A stretch of DNA of 64,000 nucleotides from Microbotryum violaceum. Taxonomy: Eukaryota. Within the stretch, counting starts at the first letter, position 1, and each line of letters begins with the position of its first letter. The stretch is taken from contig CDLV01000008.1 in NCBI GenBank assembly GCA_001244265.2, positions 806,001 to 870,000 of the forward strand. Reading direction: 5' to 3'. Positions 13,069-26,619 of the stretch are shown here, in pieces. A model generated the notes under the pieces. That model had not been told where the DNA came from. It searched no databases and worked only from the letters and a program-made list of their open reading frames with translations. The position numbers and the translations under genes are program-made.

Positions 13069-16000
13069 TTACTGCGTCGTTGCAGCCACACCCGACGTTG
13101 ACGGTCCTCCATTGGCGGTACCATAATGGGCCCCACCTCTCCCACCTCGATAACCCGCGCCTCGCACAGGAGCCCCTCTCCCTCCTCTTCCACGCCCTCG
13201 GTTCGAAGCCGCGACCAATGCAGCAGGTGGAGGAATATTGACTCCACTCCCATTGGGAACGGCGCCGTGCAAGTTCTGGCCTGGCAAACCTCGACGAGCG
13301 GGCATGACGTACCCACCACCACCTCGTCCTCCACGGCCGTTGAATTGCTGAGCGATCGGAGCGGCGGCGTGAACGGGGATCCCGAGCAGGGAACCCAATT
13401 GGTGTTGTTGCTGCTGTTGAGGAAATGGCTGGTTCGGTCGAATACCGAGCAACGAACCCAAACGCGCTTGCTTGTTGGCCTGACCATTCTGACCGGGTGC
13501 CGTCAAAAGTTGAGCCGCATTCGACGAAGGCTTGTGAACGCCTCTAGCGACCTCGCCGTAAGCGTTGGGATCGAAAGCAGGTGCGGCTTTCTTGAGCACG
13601 GTGACCTGATGACCATTCGTTGCAATCCCGTTCGACCGATCACCTGCTCGGTTCGCATTAGGGGCAGGATGGAACCCACCGGCGGGCAGGCCCTGAGCGG
13701 GTAGGATCGTCGGTCCTCCTCGAGGTCCTTTGGTGAAGTGAGCGTTGGCGTTGCCGCGAGGTGCAGCGTGTCCACCTCGGCCACCACCTCGCACCGCGCC
13801 ATTCGTACCATGGCCGTGACCATTAGCTTGAGTTGCAGGTGCGGGAGGTGCGTTCGAGTGCACGAACTGCATATCCGTCAAGTTGAGCACGGTCGCAGGC
13901 CCGACGGTCGCACCGCGGTAGTCCGAGCATCGACCGCCCAAGGTCGATCCTCCAAGGAACTGGACGTCAAACACGACGTCAATAAATCCCGTCTGGATGC
14001 CGACGACTGTGCCTTTGGCGGACAAGGGAACGCTACCCGATTCCGAAACGACGGCGACGCGATCGCCGAGGCTAAAGTGTTGATCGCGCAGGCGGGTCAA
14101 AGCGTGCGCGGGCTTGAGCAAGCCGTGACGAGGGATACCTTTGATGACGGCCTGCTTGATGTTGCCTCCGTGCTTTTGGCTGCCCAGTCGATCAGCAAGT
14201 TGTTCGACCATCTGCACCGCTGTCTTGTCGAGTTGATCGGACCACAGTGCGAACCTTTCGAGGTCTTTGACGCCCTTCTGTTTCAACCAAGCGCTGAGAT
14301 CCTTGACACGCTGATCGGCCGCGTTGGGCGCAAAGAAGTCAGTCGAGCGGCTGAGGTCTGTGGACAGATCACAGATCAGTCGGTATTACGACAAGACCGG
14401 AAACGAGTCACGTTTGATCTTACCGTTTTTGCCACGCGTGTCCATAGCCTCGATAATCTCCGGGAACGACCGGCAGTAGTCGATGATGAGCTCGATCGCC
14501 TTATTGGTGAACTCCCAACTCGAGTCGCCCTTGCGCGAGTAGCCCAACACCTTCTGACTCTTGGCCTCGAACTTAAGGTTCAATCCGATGTTGAGCTTGT
14601 TGTCGTTGTGCGTGATCAAGACGCTCGAGGTGATCTTGGACAAGGTCAAACCCGAGATGCGCAATCGACGTGCGACGGCATGCGCGGGCACATAGTCGGC
14701 TGTGCCGAACGCTTCTAGGCGGGTCCTGAAGACGCGATTCTCGAGTTTATCGGTCGGGAAGAACGCGACACGGATCGCAAGGGCGTCTCCGTCATGGCCG
14801 ACGACCTGGGCGGGAGCTCCGTACGCAGGTGCGCCGAAGAAGAAGACCTTGGCGCCCTCGGGGAACTCAACATCGACAGGGATCGCCGGGCTCTCGACGT
14901 ATCGCACGTCCTCGTTGCTGACCTCGGCCACGGTCGCCTGCAAAGCAAAATGCTGCTCCTCGTCGTCCCACTCCTTGACTTGGGCGCCGTCCTCCATTCG
15001 CTTGAGGCCTACGCGAGGTGTGAGAAAGATGATCGGTCAGTATTCGGGTACACCGGCATTCAGCACAGGCATGCGACCTCACCCCTCAGTGTCTTGACAT
15101 GGACGAGGTGATCCACGTGCCCGATAAGCAGACCCTGCTTTTTGGAAAGCGTGTGCTCGATGTTCTGCGCCTTGCGCTTCCAATCCATGGAGTTGGGTTG
15201 AGGACTGAGTCGAACGCGCGTTCGCCCGCCTCTCCCCTCGTCGACTTGGCCATCGATATCGTAGCGGAACAGCTCGTCCGAGATGGCGACGACGAGCGCT
15301 TCCTGCAGATAGGGGTACCCAACGTAGATGCGTTTGCCGACGAGTAAAGCCGCGATGTCCTCGGACTTGATGCCGTCGTAAAGATTGTCGATTTGCACGA
15401 CCATCGTCTCCTTCTGCGATTCGCGTTGGAAGATGCTGACGCCGTGAAAGTTGAGTCGGCCCGTGAAAGGGATCGTGTGCAGGGACGGGAAGCCGGAGAT
15501 GGCATCCTTGCCCAGCAGGACGCCGGGCACGAGGCCAGGAAGCAACTTGAGCGATCCGTCCAGAGTCGGCAGGTGGTAAGGCTCGACGACGGTGTGGCAG
15601 TTGTACAGATCGGGAAAGAAACCAGGCAACGACGACGCGTAGACCGCGTCGCGCTTCTGGTCATAATTGAACCGCCAGCTGTCGCCGAACGAGTTGCGCT
15701 TGCGCTCCTCGTTCGTCAGCCGGGGCTCTCGAGTGGCCATCGTCGCGAGGAGGCGCTTCTCGTCGATGAAGGGGATCTTGACGATTGCCTCCCAGTCTTG
15801 TTTCTTGCCGTTGAGATCTTGCTCAAAGTTGACGGGGTAAAAGTCAAGGATGGGCGAAGTCGGGTCCGAGAGCAAGTCGCGGAAGGCGAGAGGAATATGT
15901 TGCGACGACAGGTCGGGCAACACGCCCATCAATTGCTCAAATGGCTTGAAGGGCTTGCCGAGCTCAAAGTTGAACTCGTAGGTGTAGGCCTTGTTAAGAT

Positions 16001-18511
16001 CTGTGGGGAGGGGACGCGGGCGGACCACACTCATCACTGATCAGGGTCGAGCGCGACGGTCCACGCTCCTGACGGCACAACTCACCGGAAATCTTGGGTG
16101 CGTAGTGGTAGTTGTAGAACCAGCCCCATGACGCGACACCCGAGTAGTAGTAGCGCAAGACCCATTGCAATCCTTCGATGTATCGGTAAGCGAGTTGATC
16201 GACTTGCGAAGGATCACTGGCATCGAACTCGAGTTTCTCCTGCGTATAACAACAGTTCCTACAATGAGCACGATATGACCGGGTGAGACCTGTTCGAGAC
16301 GCACCTTGTAATAATTCTTCTTCCAGTCTAGCATCTTTTGTTGAACCTCGACTTTGTGTTCATCTTCCTGTTCTTCCTCAGTCAATTGTCTTGGCGTCTC
16401 GGCGCTCTCATACTTGGACAAGACCCGGCCAATCGTGAGTTGCCAGTGCTGGCCTTCCGAGTCGTTTCGCGCGGACTCGAGCAGTGACTCTTCAAAGCTG
16501 AGCACGACAATAGGGTTGTCGTCTTCGTCGAACTCGTCGTACGCGACCGAAAGCTGCAACTTCTCGGCCAAGGTGGCGAGGAAGTGTTGGTCGCGCGAGG
16601 GGAGCGGGCCGGGGAGCTCGAGCCGTGCGTTGGGCGAGAGCTCGGGCATATTGTCATTTAGGAATTTCTGGATGCGAGTGAAGATTGCCTGTTGGGATTT
16701 GGTAATGACTGGTGAGGAAGAGACACTGTCAGAGGCCATGTTGGTGTCAATGTTGCGCGCAGCTCACCTAGCTTGCCATTGGCTTGCTTGCCCGATCTTT
16801 CGATCGCACGACTGGGCTTGGCCTTGAAAAGGCTCGAGTCGGCAAAATCGTACTCGAAGTGCTCCTGCTCGAATACGGTCAGCTCGTCGAGTACGAGCTG
16901 GAGTCGTTTGACATTGAGATTGCCATGCTCGTTCAAGTAGCCGCCTTGTTGCAGCGACATCGTCAGTGATGGCTACCTCGTATGCGAAACAGACGCCAGC
17001 AGCACTTACCGGCCGTAGGTAAGATGCGCTTGTAAATCTCGAACAAGCGACCCAAGGCTCCTTCGTTGATGTGCAATCCCGGAAGATGCGGTAAGAAATC
17101 GTTACCGACAAAGATATTGAGCAAGATGAAGTCGTCGATGATCCGCTCGAGGTCATATTCAAACGGCAAGGCCGAGCTCGTCTTCAGTGCCTGGAACTCG
17201 AGATCGAGATATTCGCGGAAGAGGGAGAGGTACATCAAGAAGAACTTTTGGACTTCGAGGCTGTGGAGCGCCATCATTGTGTCAGAGATAAGTTGAGATG
17301 CAGTGTCGTCTATTGTGGGACTCACCCCTTGGCTTTGCCCTTCTTGGGCCCGAAGGTGACCTCCTCGCGCAAAAGACAGAAATGAGGGTCGTGGGACAAG
17401 AGCCCGAGCATGATCAAGTCTGCGTCCAAGCCGTACATGCAATGGCGGACGTTCGAGTCGTAGCCGGGCTGGGCCTTGTTGAGTCGGATGTACTCCATGA
17501 TCTTGTGCTCTCCTTCGCCGGGAACCTGAGGAGGGTCAGAGGAGATGGGGTCAGATCAGAGGCCAACGCGCTGGTGTGAGGCCCCGAACGCGGAATGCAC
17601 CTCATGGCCGGAAAGAATGATCTCGACGCCTCTCCAGTCGGCGTCCTCCGAAACTTTTTTGGCAATAAAGTACTTGAGTTGTTCCGAGAGACGAGCCATG
17701 AAGGGGGTGCCGGGGGTGATGCAGTTGCTGTCAAAGCCGTCGCCTTCGGGCATCTCCTCGCCCTTGTCTTTGGCCTTGTCAACGAGCTCCTTCATCTCCT
17801 TGGCAGTCCTGAATCGTCTCGAACGCTGCTGGTTCATCTTGGCCCTCGGTGCGACGCCGTCGACGGCGAGGAAGAACAGCTTCCGGGGTTTGATGACGGA
17901 GAAGAGGTGCGAGATGTAGGCAAAGGTGGCGAGAAAGATCTGCTCATCGGAGATTCGGAACGAGGCGTCGTTGTCGTTCGGGTGCGAGCAGTTGTGGATG
18001 ATGCCGTTCATATCGAGATCTGTGGGGCGATAAGTGTCCCAAGTGTGAGCGAAAGGCCGCCTGTCTGGGGTCATTGCCAGCTGGATCGCGTGTGGGGTCC
18101 GATCGAGAGAGCGCGACTGACATAGCGCGTCAAACTCGGGGATGCGATCATCTTGGATCAGCTGAGATATGAGTGGGTATCGCTCCCTGTTTTGGAGTAG
18201 AATGACACAAGATGGGTGAGTCATAGGGCTGAGCACACGATGGCTGGGAGGCAGGCACGTACGACATAAAGCGGAAGAACTGCGAAGCGGTCATACGATC
18301 GAGTCAGCAAGCCAGTGAGATGGACGGTGCTGGGTATGGGCTGTGGACTGACCTTGGGAATTCCTGTAGCGCGTCATGGTGGCCAGATGAGTGAGCGCGC
18401 AGGCGAGGTGGAAGGGATGGATGGATGATGGTACGACCCAATCGAGCATCGTCAGCGGTGTTGGACTCGAGTGGCGATCTCGACTCGACACGGCACAGAG
18501 TACTGACCCAT
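13069..18511 (-). CDS. XRN1: 5'-3' exoribonuclease Xrn1
   Basis: MGIPKFFRFMSERYP assembled from micro-exons; [53 protein letters not shown] and [13 protein letters not shown]. The long C-terminal domains ([18 protein letters not shown]) distinguish it from Rat1/Xrn2. Confidence 0.96.
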
Positions 18512-19336
18512 CCTGGGGAATGAGCTATGTGCTCGGTTTGACTCGAATGCGCTGGGGGCTGGGACGGGGAGAGAGCGAGTGGCACACGGGCCAAGAGTCG
18601 AAACACAGAGGTTGGGTGCTGCTTGCTGCTTGCTGCTTGCTGGAGGACAAGGTGCGAACGGGCAGTTCGTCGCCGGTGGCGCGATTGAAATTGCCCGTTT
18701 GGTAATGCAAGTGGTCTAGTGGTCGCTAATGAGTCATGCGTGGTCGTGATCGGCTTGGGGGTTGCGCTCCACTTTTCTTTCCTTCCCCTCTTCCCACTCT
18801 TTCACTGCTGCGAGCACGATCCACGATCCAGCACTACTGATTTTAACCACGTCGTTGATTTACGGTCATCTGCTCTGGCCAAGTAGAGTCAGCCTTCGTC
18901 GACGAGCATCTCTTTGACTCCTACGACCCCTACCCGTACCCATGGCCGTACCTCGTGACTTGGAGCAGCGGTTGTGCTTCAAGGCCGAGGCACCGTTTGA
19001 ACGCGACGTGTCTGGAGCACAACATGAGTATGAACGTTGAGCTCGTTCATCCCGATCCTTCATATTTGGTGATGCCGCTCCTGAGATGTTCATGTTTTCC
19101 ATGCTTCTGCTTTGTGAAATGTTGCCGGAGTTTGTGCCCTGAATCAGGTCATGCAGTGGGCCTTGGAGACGCAGATTGAACGGATGTGCTTTCGCTGACG
19201 TAGTATGCGGTCTCTCGTAGAAATTCGGTCTCATGTTCGAACTGGAAAAGACATGCATAACTTTCAAATGTAGGAAGTGACTATGAAAGGGAGACGGTCT
19301 TGCACCATCACAGTCAGTTTAATGAACGTCGTTCGT

Positions 19337-21763
19337 TCATTTTCGCTGCCGGAGGTTTGAAGATCGGGCCGTTTCTGCATCTGCGAGCTTGAACAAACTT
19401 TCGTACTTCTTCTCGAGTCCGTCTATGCCTCTCAGGACATCTTCCTGCCTCTTCCTCAATCCATCAACAATGTCGTCCTTCTCAGCCTCCTTCCACTGTG
19501 CGGGGGCTTTGGACAACCGATCGCTCGGCGAAGCGATCGCCCGATCGACCCCTTTCGCCGCACTCGCCTTCCGCCCCGTCATTCCCACCACCCAAGCCCT
19601 TTCTTGCATCTCCTTCCACGCTTCCAGGTCAGAGACATTACGTTTCGCCCTTCCACTGCTCCCTCGACCTGGTCGAGCATCCTGTTCATGATCCCCTTCT
19701 TCGACGGGGGTCGAGGAAGTACGACAGCGGTTTGGTACTGGGGTCTGGGCGCCGATCAAGCGCGAGATGGGGGTGCCGGTCATCGGGTGCTCACAGTGCC
19801 AGTGACGCGAGATGGAGGGGTGCAGAGGGGTACTTTGGCGCGTGGTCATACGAGCCTGCGTTTCCTGTGTCGATTCCGTGCTTATGGTTGAGATATGTTG
19901 CTCGAACTCATTTTGATCAGGCATCCAAGTGACTATCCCCTTCCAATACTGCTCCTCCTGTTCTCGACTCCTCTGGCACGATTTCGGGCTGGGTCGAAGG
20001 ATCGATAAACCGGGGGAAGAGAAAAAGGCCGAATTGAAGTTGAAAAGCTGGGGGACATCGTCGTCAGCATCGGCTTTGGAAGTCTCGGGCGATGATGGGG
20101 TCCCCGTTGAAGCCGGCACTTTGAAGGCTGGTGGAACGTAGGTCGAGGTGGAGGGCAGCGGTTTGAAGAAAAGGTGCGACCTGAGCGAAATCGGCGATGG
20201 TCGTGACGAGGCCGGGACGAGTAAGCTCGAGATCAGAGATGTCGCGGCGGGGGTGATGGAAATTGGTAGGGGCAGAGCCAAGGTTGTCTGTTTGGAGTCA
20301 ATGCAAAGGTCAGCCACGTCCCCACAGGGCCACGAGCTTTCGACCTAGCGCCGAAGTACTGACGGCAGAGTTGATGATGCGGTCATACGTCTCGGCGATC
20401 GATTCGGCGAAAAATGGCGCCTGACCGGTCAGGAGCTGTGGTCCTCACGGATCACCCAGTCAGATCCACAATGGCATGTCCACTTGATCGCTTTGCGATA
20501 GACCCACCTCGAAGATGACCACTCCAAAGCTCCACAAGTCCACTTCAGCGCCATACGCTCGCTCGTCACCATCGACCGAGTTGGGCTCGCCACCTCCGAA
20601 GCTTTCATCGACGTCTTGTTCAACAAGACTTTCGGCGTACTTGAGAACCTCAGGAGCGATGTAGTCAGGTGTACCAACGAGGGCTCGGCAGTATCTCTTG
20701 GCGATCGAAGACCGTCGATGCGATGTGGACGTTCTGCAGGGGTCGCCCCGGATAGGAGCAGCAGAGCCAAAATCGGTAAGAAGGAGTCGACCGTTTTCGT
20801 TGAGGAGCAGGTTTTGTGGCTTGACGTCGCTGCAATGCAAATAAGGGAAAACATCAGCGCCCTCGCCAGGTTGGAGCAAATTCCCCACTGGGTTCGGCAA
20901 CGAACCGATGTGCCCATCCTGTGGAATTGAGCCACTCGAGCGCTTCGAGCAATTCCTTCATCCATCCTCGAACAAGTCCTTCCTCAATACCAACGATTCT
21001 AACGAGAGAATCGTCCGGTCTCTGATGGGCAGCGACGTTCGCGTTCGTCGCTTCGAGTAGACTCCACAGATCGCCGCCCGGGCAGTGCGAGATCACGAGA
21101 TGGAAACGCTCGGGCGATAGGAAGGAGGCGATGAGGGTGGGTGTATGTCGGCGATCTGGAGGGGTCTCGAGCGACTGCTGAAGTATACCAAGCTCGTGCC
21201 TTACGAACTGTTGCTGTAATTAGAAGCCGGGGGGTGAGGGCGAAAAGGGCAGTCTGGTCAGGGTTTTCCGTTTCTGAAAGAATTCGCAGACAGGATCGGA
21301 CTCGGTACAGAGAACTCACGTTCTGCATCCGATATCCCCAGCTGCGATCCAGAGTCTTTACGACATAATACCTTGGTGTGACCGAACCATTGACCGCAAG
21401 TTTCGTTGCTGACGCCGAGGAAAGGTGCTTCTGCGCGATCACGAGCTGTACACTGGCAAAGGAGCCGGAGCGAGAGAGCGTGCTCGCGACGACGAAATCA
21501 TCCATGCTCAACACTGCTTTCTGCAGGCGTAGCAACGCGGGATCCACATCTGTCGATTGGTTCCATTGTCAGCCTTCATTCTAAACAGTGTACTCCAAGG
21601 CAGTCGCTCATGCCCACGTACCCTGTCCCTGTGCTGCCAGTCTCTCAACTTCGGACAAGGTCAGGTGCAGCAGCTCGTTCGGCAGCGCGGACGAAGGCAG
21701 AGAGCGAGCCAACGAGGACAGTGTCGCATTGATGACGCGTTTGCGTTGATTCCATGTCGGCAT
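19337..21763 (-). CDS. AGC-group Ser/Thr protein kinase (DMPK/ROCK/NDR-like catalytic domain)
   Basis: LSMDDF...SGSFASVQLV, YVVKTL, CPGGDLWSLL, WAHR|DVKPQNLLL, DFGSA, VGTPDYIAPEVL and YGAEVDLWSFG across several exons. Inferred start MPTWNQRK at 21763. Confidence 0.85.
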
Positions 21764-23006
21764 CTAGACGTGGTCGGCCATGCGTCGATGACGGTGCGGA
21801 GTTGAGATGTAGCCGGCTGCGCGGCTGCGACGGACAGCGCGCCGCGCGACTCGACGCGACGACGTCAGACGACGTCCAGTCGACGTCTTTCGCGTGGTGC
21901 AGCGCAGTGTGTACAGAGCGAGAGAGTCGACCTTGCGCTACTGAGACTTTCAAAGCACCCACTTCCTAGCATGAAAATCAAAATTTTGTAGCATGTATGG
22001 GAGTACTATGAGACCACTTTGTCTCAAATATCGTTAAATCAACGCGACTCGGACCTGAGTCCGTCCCGGTCGACCCCTCCGATTCAGTGCGGTGTCGCGT
22101 CTAAAAATGAAATAAAAATCAGTGCGCCGTTGCCCGACCGCTACGACCGCCGGTTGACCATTGACTGGACTGGACTGGACTGCTCACCTGAAATCCACAA
22201 TGTCTTGACCGCAGGCCGGGTCGATGGGCAGAAGCACCGACAGCGCGGTGCGACAGAAGCTGAGAAGATCCCCATCGGCGCCAAGGATTCTCATAGGATC
22301 TGATCTAATCTGATCTTGATTCTAAAAGTTAGGTTCAGATCGATCCTCGGACGGCGAGGAAACTAGTAGCACTACCACGAGGGATCAGGTTGACTTACGG
22401 TCGTAGCGAGGCATGACGACCCCCACCCCCACATCAATGGACCTTTTCCCTCGAGCTTCAAGTACCTGGCTCTCATGCCTCGGTTGAGTCATGGACTTTG
22501 AACATGATGCCCTTGAGTTCTTTTGACTAGATAGTCAGCTTTAGGGCTCTTGTACAGTGATTCATGCTGGCCGAATCGGTCGCGGTTGATCGCGTTCTCC
22601 TCCCCCTCTGAAGCGTCTAGTAGTAAGTCGAGGTGAAAGTTCTGGCATGGCCCTGTAGACTCATCTCTGACAGCAAGCGTCCGAGGAGGTTATGTATGGT
22701 GAGAATCGTACACATGACACGTTCTCGAATGCATGCCGCACCGAATCTGATGCAATGCCATCGTGGCTACGCCGATCGCTAGCAGGCCATTAGTACTCGG
22801 GCCGCCGAGCAAGGCATAAAGGGGATCGATTCATCCTGAAATCTATGTGGATGACATAGCCCGAGCTATGCGCATGAAGCAAGCATATCCAAACACCAGA
22901 CTCCCGGTGAACACATAAGGTAGATAGAGGTACAAGTACAACAATTGAACAGGCCACGTACGCCAGCCTTTCCTTCCTCATTCCTCCAGACCCTCGCCGC
23001 CTCCCC

Positions 23007-24575
23007 TCATCCCGCACCTTGACCAACTCCTTCCAACCCAAACGCGTTCTTCAACGCGACCCAGCTCGCGAAACTAACCGAGTTCATCGGAATGACCTTG
23101 AGGTACCCGATACTCAATCCCACAAAATACCCCCTCCACCCATGCGCTTTATAGATCGTTCGCGCCGTATCCCAAAACCCATGTCTCGCACCCCCACCAC
23201 CAGGTAGAATGGGGCCGACTTGCATCCTCCTTCGAATGATATCCAGCGGATAAGCGGAGGTCTGACCTAGGGCACCTGCTATTCCTCCGGCGGCCAAGTC
23301 GATCCACGTTCGATGGCGTTCTCGCGTGCTGGGGCTGAACATGGTCGGCACGAGGTCGGTTTTGAGGAATCCCCAGACGAGGAAGGATACGCCGGCGTAG
23401 GGGACGATGCCGAAAAGGGTTGGGAAAATGCCCCGATAAAAGTGAGTCAAGGAAGGTTCGCCGACTCGAGCATGTTTTATTATTGTTGTGGTTAATCCGG
23501 GTGTTGTGGGCAAGGGTGTTGACGTCGCAGAGGCAGTTTTGAGATTAGCGGTGGAAGCGACAGGGGGTGGGGGGATGAGGGATGCTTGGTATATCTGCCG
23601 TATTGTCCGTGTCAAGGAGGATCGTTCGGCGAGCGAATGGTGTGTTTCGAAAGCCAACCGCACCCGAATGAGCTCGAGAGGGTAGGTGAAAAGTGCCGAT
23701 GTGACGCCGGCCAATGAGCCGGCGAGGAATCGGCGTGCGCCGGTCTCTTGCTCGGTCGTCGGCATCAGCACCTGTCGGACATGGTGAGAGCGTAAGCGGA
23801 ATGAGCTTGGAACGAGAGAAAAAAACGCTCATGCAAACTTGCAATGTGAAACTTCTCATAAGCCATGAACTTGATCGCAGCGTAAGGAAAGATGCGCAAC
23901 AGCGTTGCCGAATGCCCCTGCAGCAGGCCTCGTATCCCTGTTTCGGCGTAGATATCTTGGCTGGCTTTGAACACACCCGTCCATGTACCTGAATTGTTGT
24001 AAATAGAAAGTGGTGAATTTGGTACCGAGTCAGTGGACTTTTGAAGGAGCGGGGGTGTTCGCGTCGGCTTTCGGTTCGAATAACCGGAGCGCGTCTCGTG
24101 AGGAAGGCATGAGGAAACTGACCTGCGTATCGAGCATAGTCCGGTGCACGGGTCTGGAAGAGGATCTTGACTCGATCTAAAGGTGCGACCGAGGTCTTGG
24201 CGATGCAGCCTGTTTGCCGACGGTGGGAAGCCGCCAAGGGAAATCAAGTTGAGGTTTCGCGGGAGAGTGGGGGAGCCGAGCCGTCGGATGGACGAAGCAC
24301 GGGACGGGAGGAGTAGTCATGCAACGTGGGTGGCAGACAGGGGATATATCATCAGTAAAGCATATTACGATGAGACGCTGAGGCTCAGGCTGACCTGCTA
24401 GACCACCTGCAAGTCCCGACAGGAGCGCATACTCGAGCGATTGAGGATCCCTCGGCCGCGGGCCCGATGACGATGACGACGACGAAGATGCTGCTGAGGC
24501 CGATGCTGCTGATGTTGAGTCAAGCGCAGGTGGTGTAGCTGGAGCTTGGATCCTGCTCGCAGCAACAGGGCTCAT
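23007..24575 (-). CDS. LEU5: Mitochondrial carrier, Leu5/SLC25A16 (CoA carrier) type
   Basis: [78 protein letters not shown] and [12 protein letters not shown]. Confidence 0.9.
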
Positions 24576-24715
24576 CGTCTCCCCTCGCTTGCGAGTTCCT
24601 GACGAGAGGTGCTCTGGCTCGATCGGCCTACAACGTCCAAACTCGAGTGCCGATCAGATGAGAAAGTCCGCGGGACCGCGATCGACGAAGGCGTGTGAAA
24701 GAGGGAAAAGAAACT

Positions 24716-24751
24716 CCTCAGGCAGGTTAAAAACCTCAGGCAGGTTAAAAA
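24716..24751. repeat. 18-bp tandem duplication (CCTCAGGCAGGTTAAAAA x2) in the LEU5 upstream region
   Basis: Two perfect adjacent copies about 140 bp upstream of the LEU5 ATG. Confidence 0.9.
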
Positions 24752-26619
24752 GTAACCAGTCTTAATAGCGCCGCCGCGCGGCCGGAAAAACCTATGCAAA
24801 TAGGCGACCTGGGCCCGGTGGCACACCGCTACCGACGGGAGCAACTCGGCGCCGGGACAGGCCCGTCTACCTCTTCCAAGTCCGTTTAGACCACTACCTT
24901 GATCATATGACGACATGAGTAGTTCCAGCAGATAAGAAGAAGCAAAGATTGGTTTCGCGTTGAATCAGTAACCGCACGTAATTCTCTAAATGTTTAGACA
25001 AGAAGCACGTGGGAACAAGCTCGCAAAGGTTTAGAGTCATTACAATTGATCCGGAAATGATTTTCCGGCTTGGCCCTATGACGTAAGTCATTGACGGGGA
25101 AAGCTTGTAGAGCTTATAGAAAAGCTTGTTGAAGTCCAGGTATATTTATTAACGCCTCAGCACTGCTGAAGCCATGGTATGTCTGGCCCAGTGCAACACG
25201 TGATCTGACGCGGGTTGCGCGAGGTTGCGCGCCGTCCGAACCTGACGGAATCGACGCGTGTCGTGCGTTGTTGATACGTTGACAGCTGTTGTTTTTAGGC
25301 CCCATCTCGCCCGTACATTCAACACGAGACCCATTGGTCTCGCCGCGAATATCCTCGTCCTCAATCGCCGAACCGCATACACGTCACGTCTCTCGTTGAT
25401 CTCCATTGATCTTGTGATCCTTTCACATCGCCAACTCATACCAAGTTTTCACGCTTCGGCGCTCGACAAGCCCCACGTGTATGTCCGGCGATTGTCGTCC
25501 GGGCTTTACCAGAGAACGAGCTTCTGAGGGCCTGCTGACATCCACGTCTTAACTATGCATTCATCGCGTGGCCTCGGAACATTGCGGGCTCCTTCCCTCC
25601 TGGATAACCATTCACAAACAAGTCTCTGGGTGCGTGGTGGAAGTGCGGCTGCGCGGTCGTCGACGCGCGGTTTGATTGGTTTAATGCAGCACCGTGTCAT
25701 TCTGACCTTTCCCTGTTCGCCTTCCAGGCTCTGCCTGTACGATGTTCTCTTCCAATACGATCTCGTCTAGCGAGCAATATGATGCGTACCATCCAAGTCC
25801 TGCGCCGCCCAGCCGACCGCTTGACGCTCCCGCGTTCGCAAACATCGATTATCCAACCTATTCGCTCGAGTCGGGTAGCCAAGCGTCCGCCTTTCCATAC
25901 CACCTCCCTGTCCTAGGCAGCACAGCTAGCACAGGGTACCCATCAAATCGACCCTCCTGTCCCGCCGATTCCGCCGCCAATCGCCTGCATCACCTGCATC
26001 GCCTGCTGCCTGACCCCCTTCAATTGCCAATGGACGAAGCCAATACATCGTCGGGCGTCCTGCAATCCTCGCCGAATTTCTCATCAGTAGATGGAAGCAC
26101 CCCGACAATGCATCCATCACCACTTTCCGCCGCGGATCAACAGTTCGCCCGCGTCCAAGTCCCTGTTGCCACCGTGCCGACCGCAGTTTCGCCTTTGACG
26201 CCAGCGAAGAGGCCGATGGGCCTGCTCGAGCGGTTTGCTGCTAGGCGCGCCGCTGTTCGACCCTCCTCTTCCGCCCATACCGATCAACAGTGTGACCGCC
26301 TCGCGCGTAATAACAACAACCCAACCGATCTTGGTATTGCGACACGTATACGAGCCCGCCGTGCAGCTGTCCAGAACGGACAGCGTGGTCAGCGCCACGG
26401 CCGACCCGAAGCTGAACGCGCCCCCCCCACGCCTCACCACCACGTGCACCTCCTCCTGCTGCATGTCAAGGCCAGCGGAGACCCCGCAGGGCTATAATCG
26501 CCCTTAAACCGCTCAAGCCCCATGTTTCGATCAGCGAGTACCTCGGCCCCAAGACGGACGAGTACGCCCACTGCAAGGCACGTCACTGGGAGTGCGAGAG
26601 GTCGAAGTCGACCAGACAC

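Noticed and set aside
22019-23000. 1-kb intergenic stretch with (GACTG)4 at 22163-22182 and GATCT-like repeats
   Set aside because: No coherent ORF, terminal repeats or RNA motif; ordinary low-complexity sequence.
25742-26497. 251-aa ORF as an independent gene
   Set aside because: Low-complexity and directly upstream of Helitron Rep motifs on the same strand, so more likely the decayed N-terminal region of the element.
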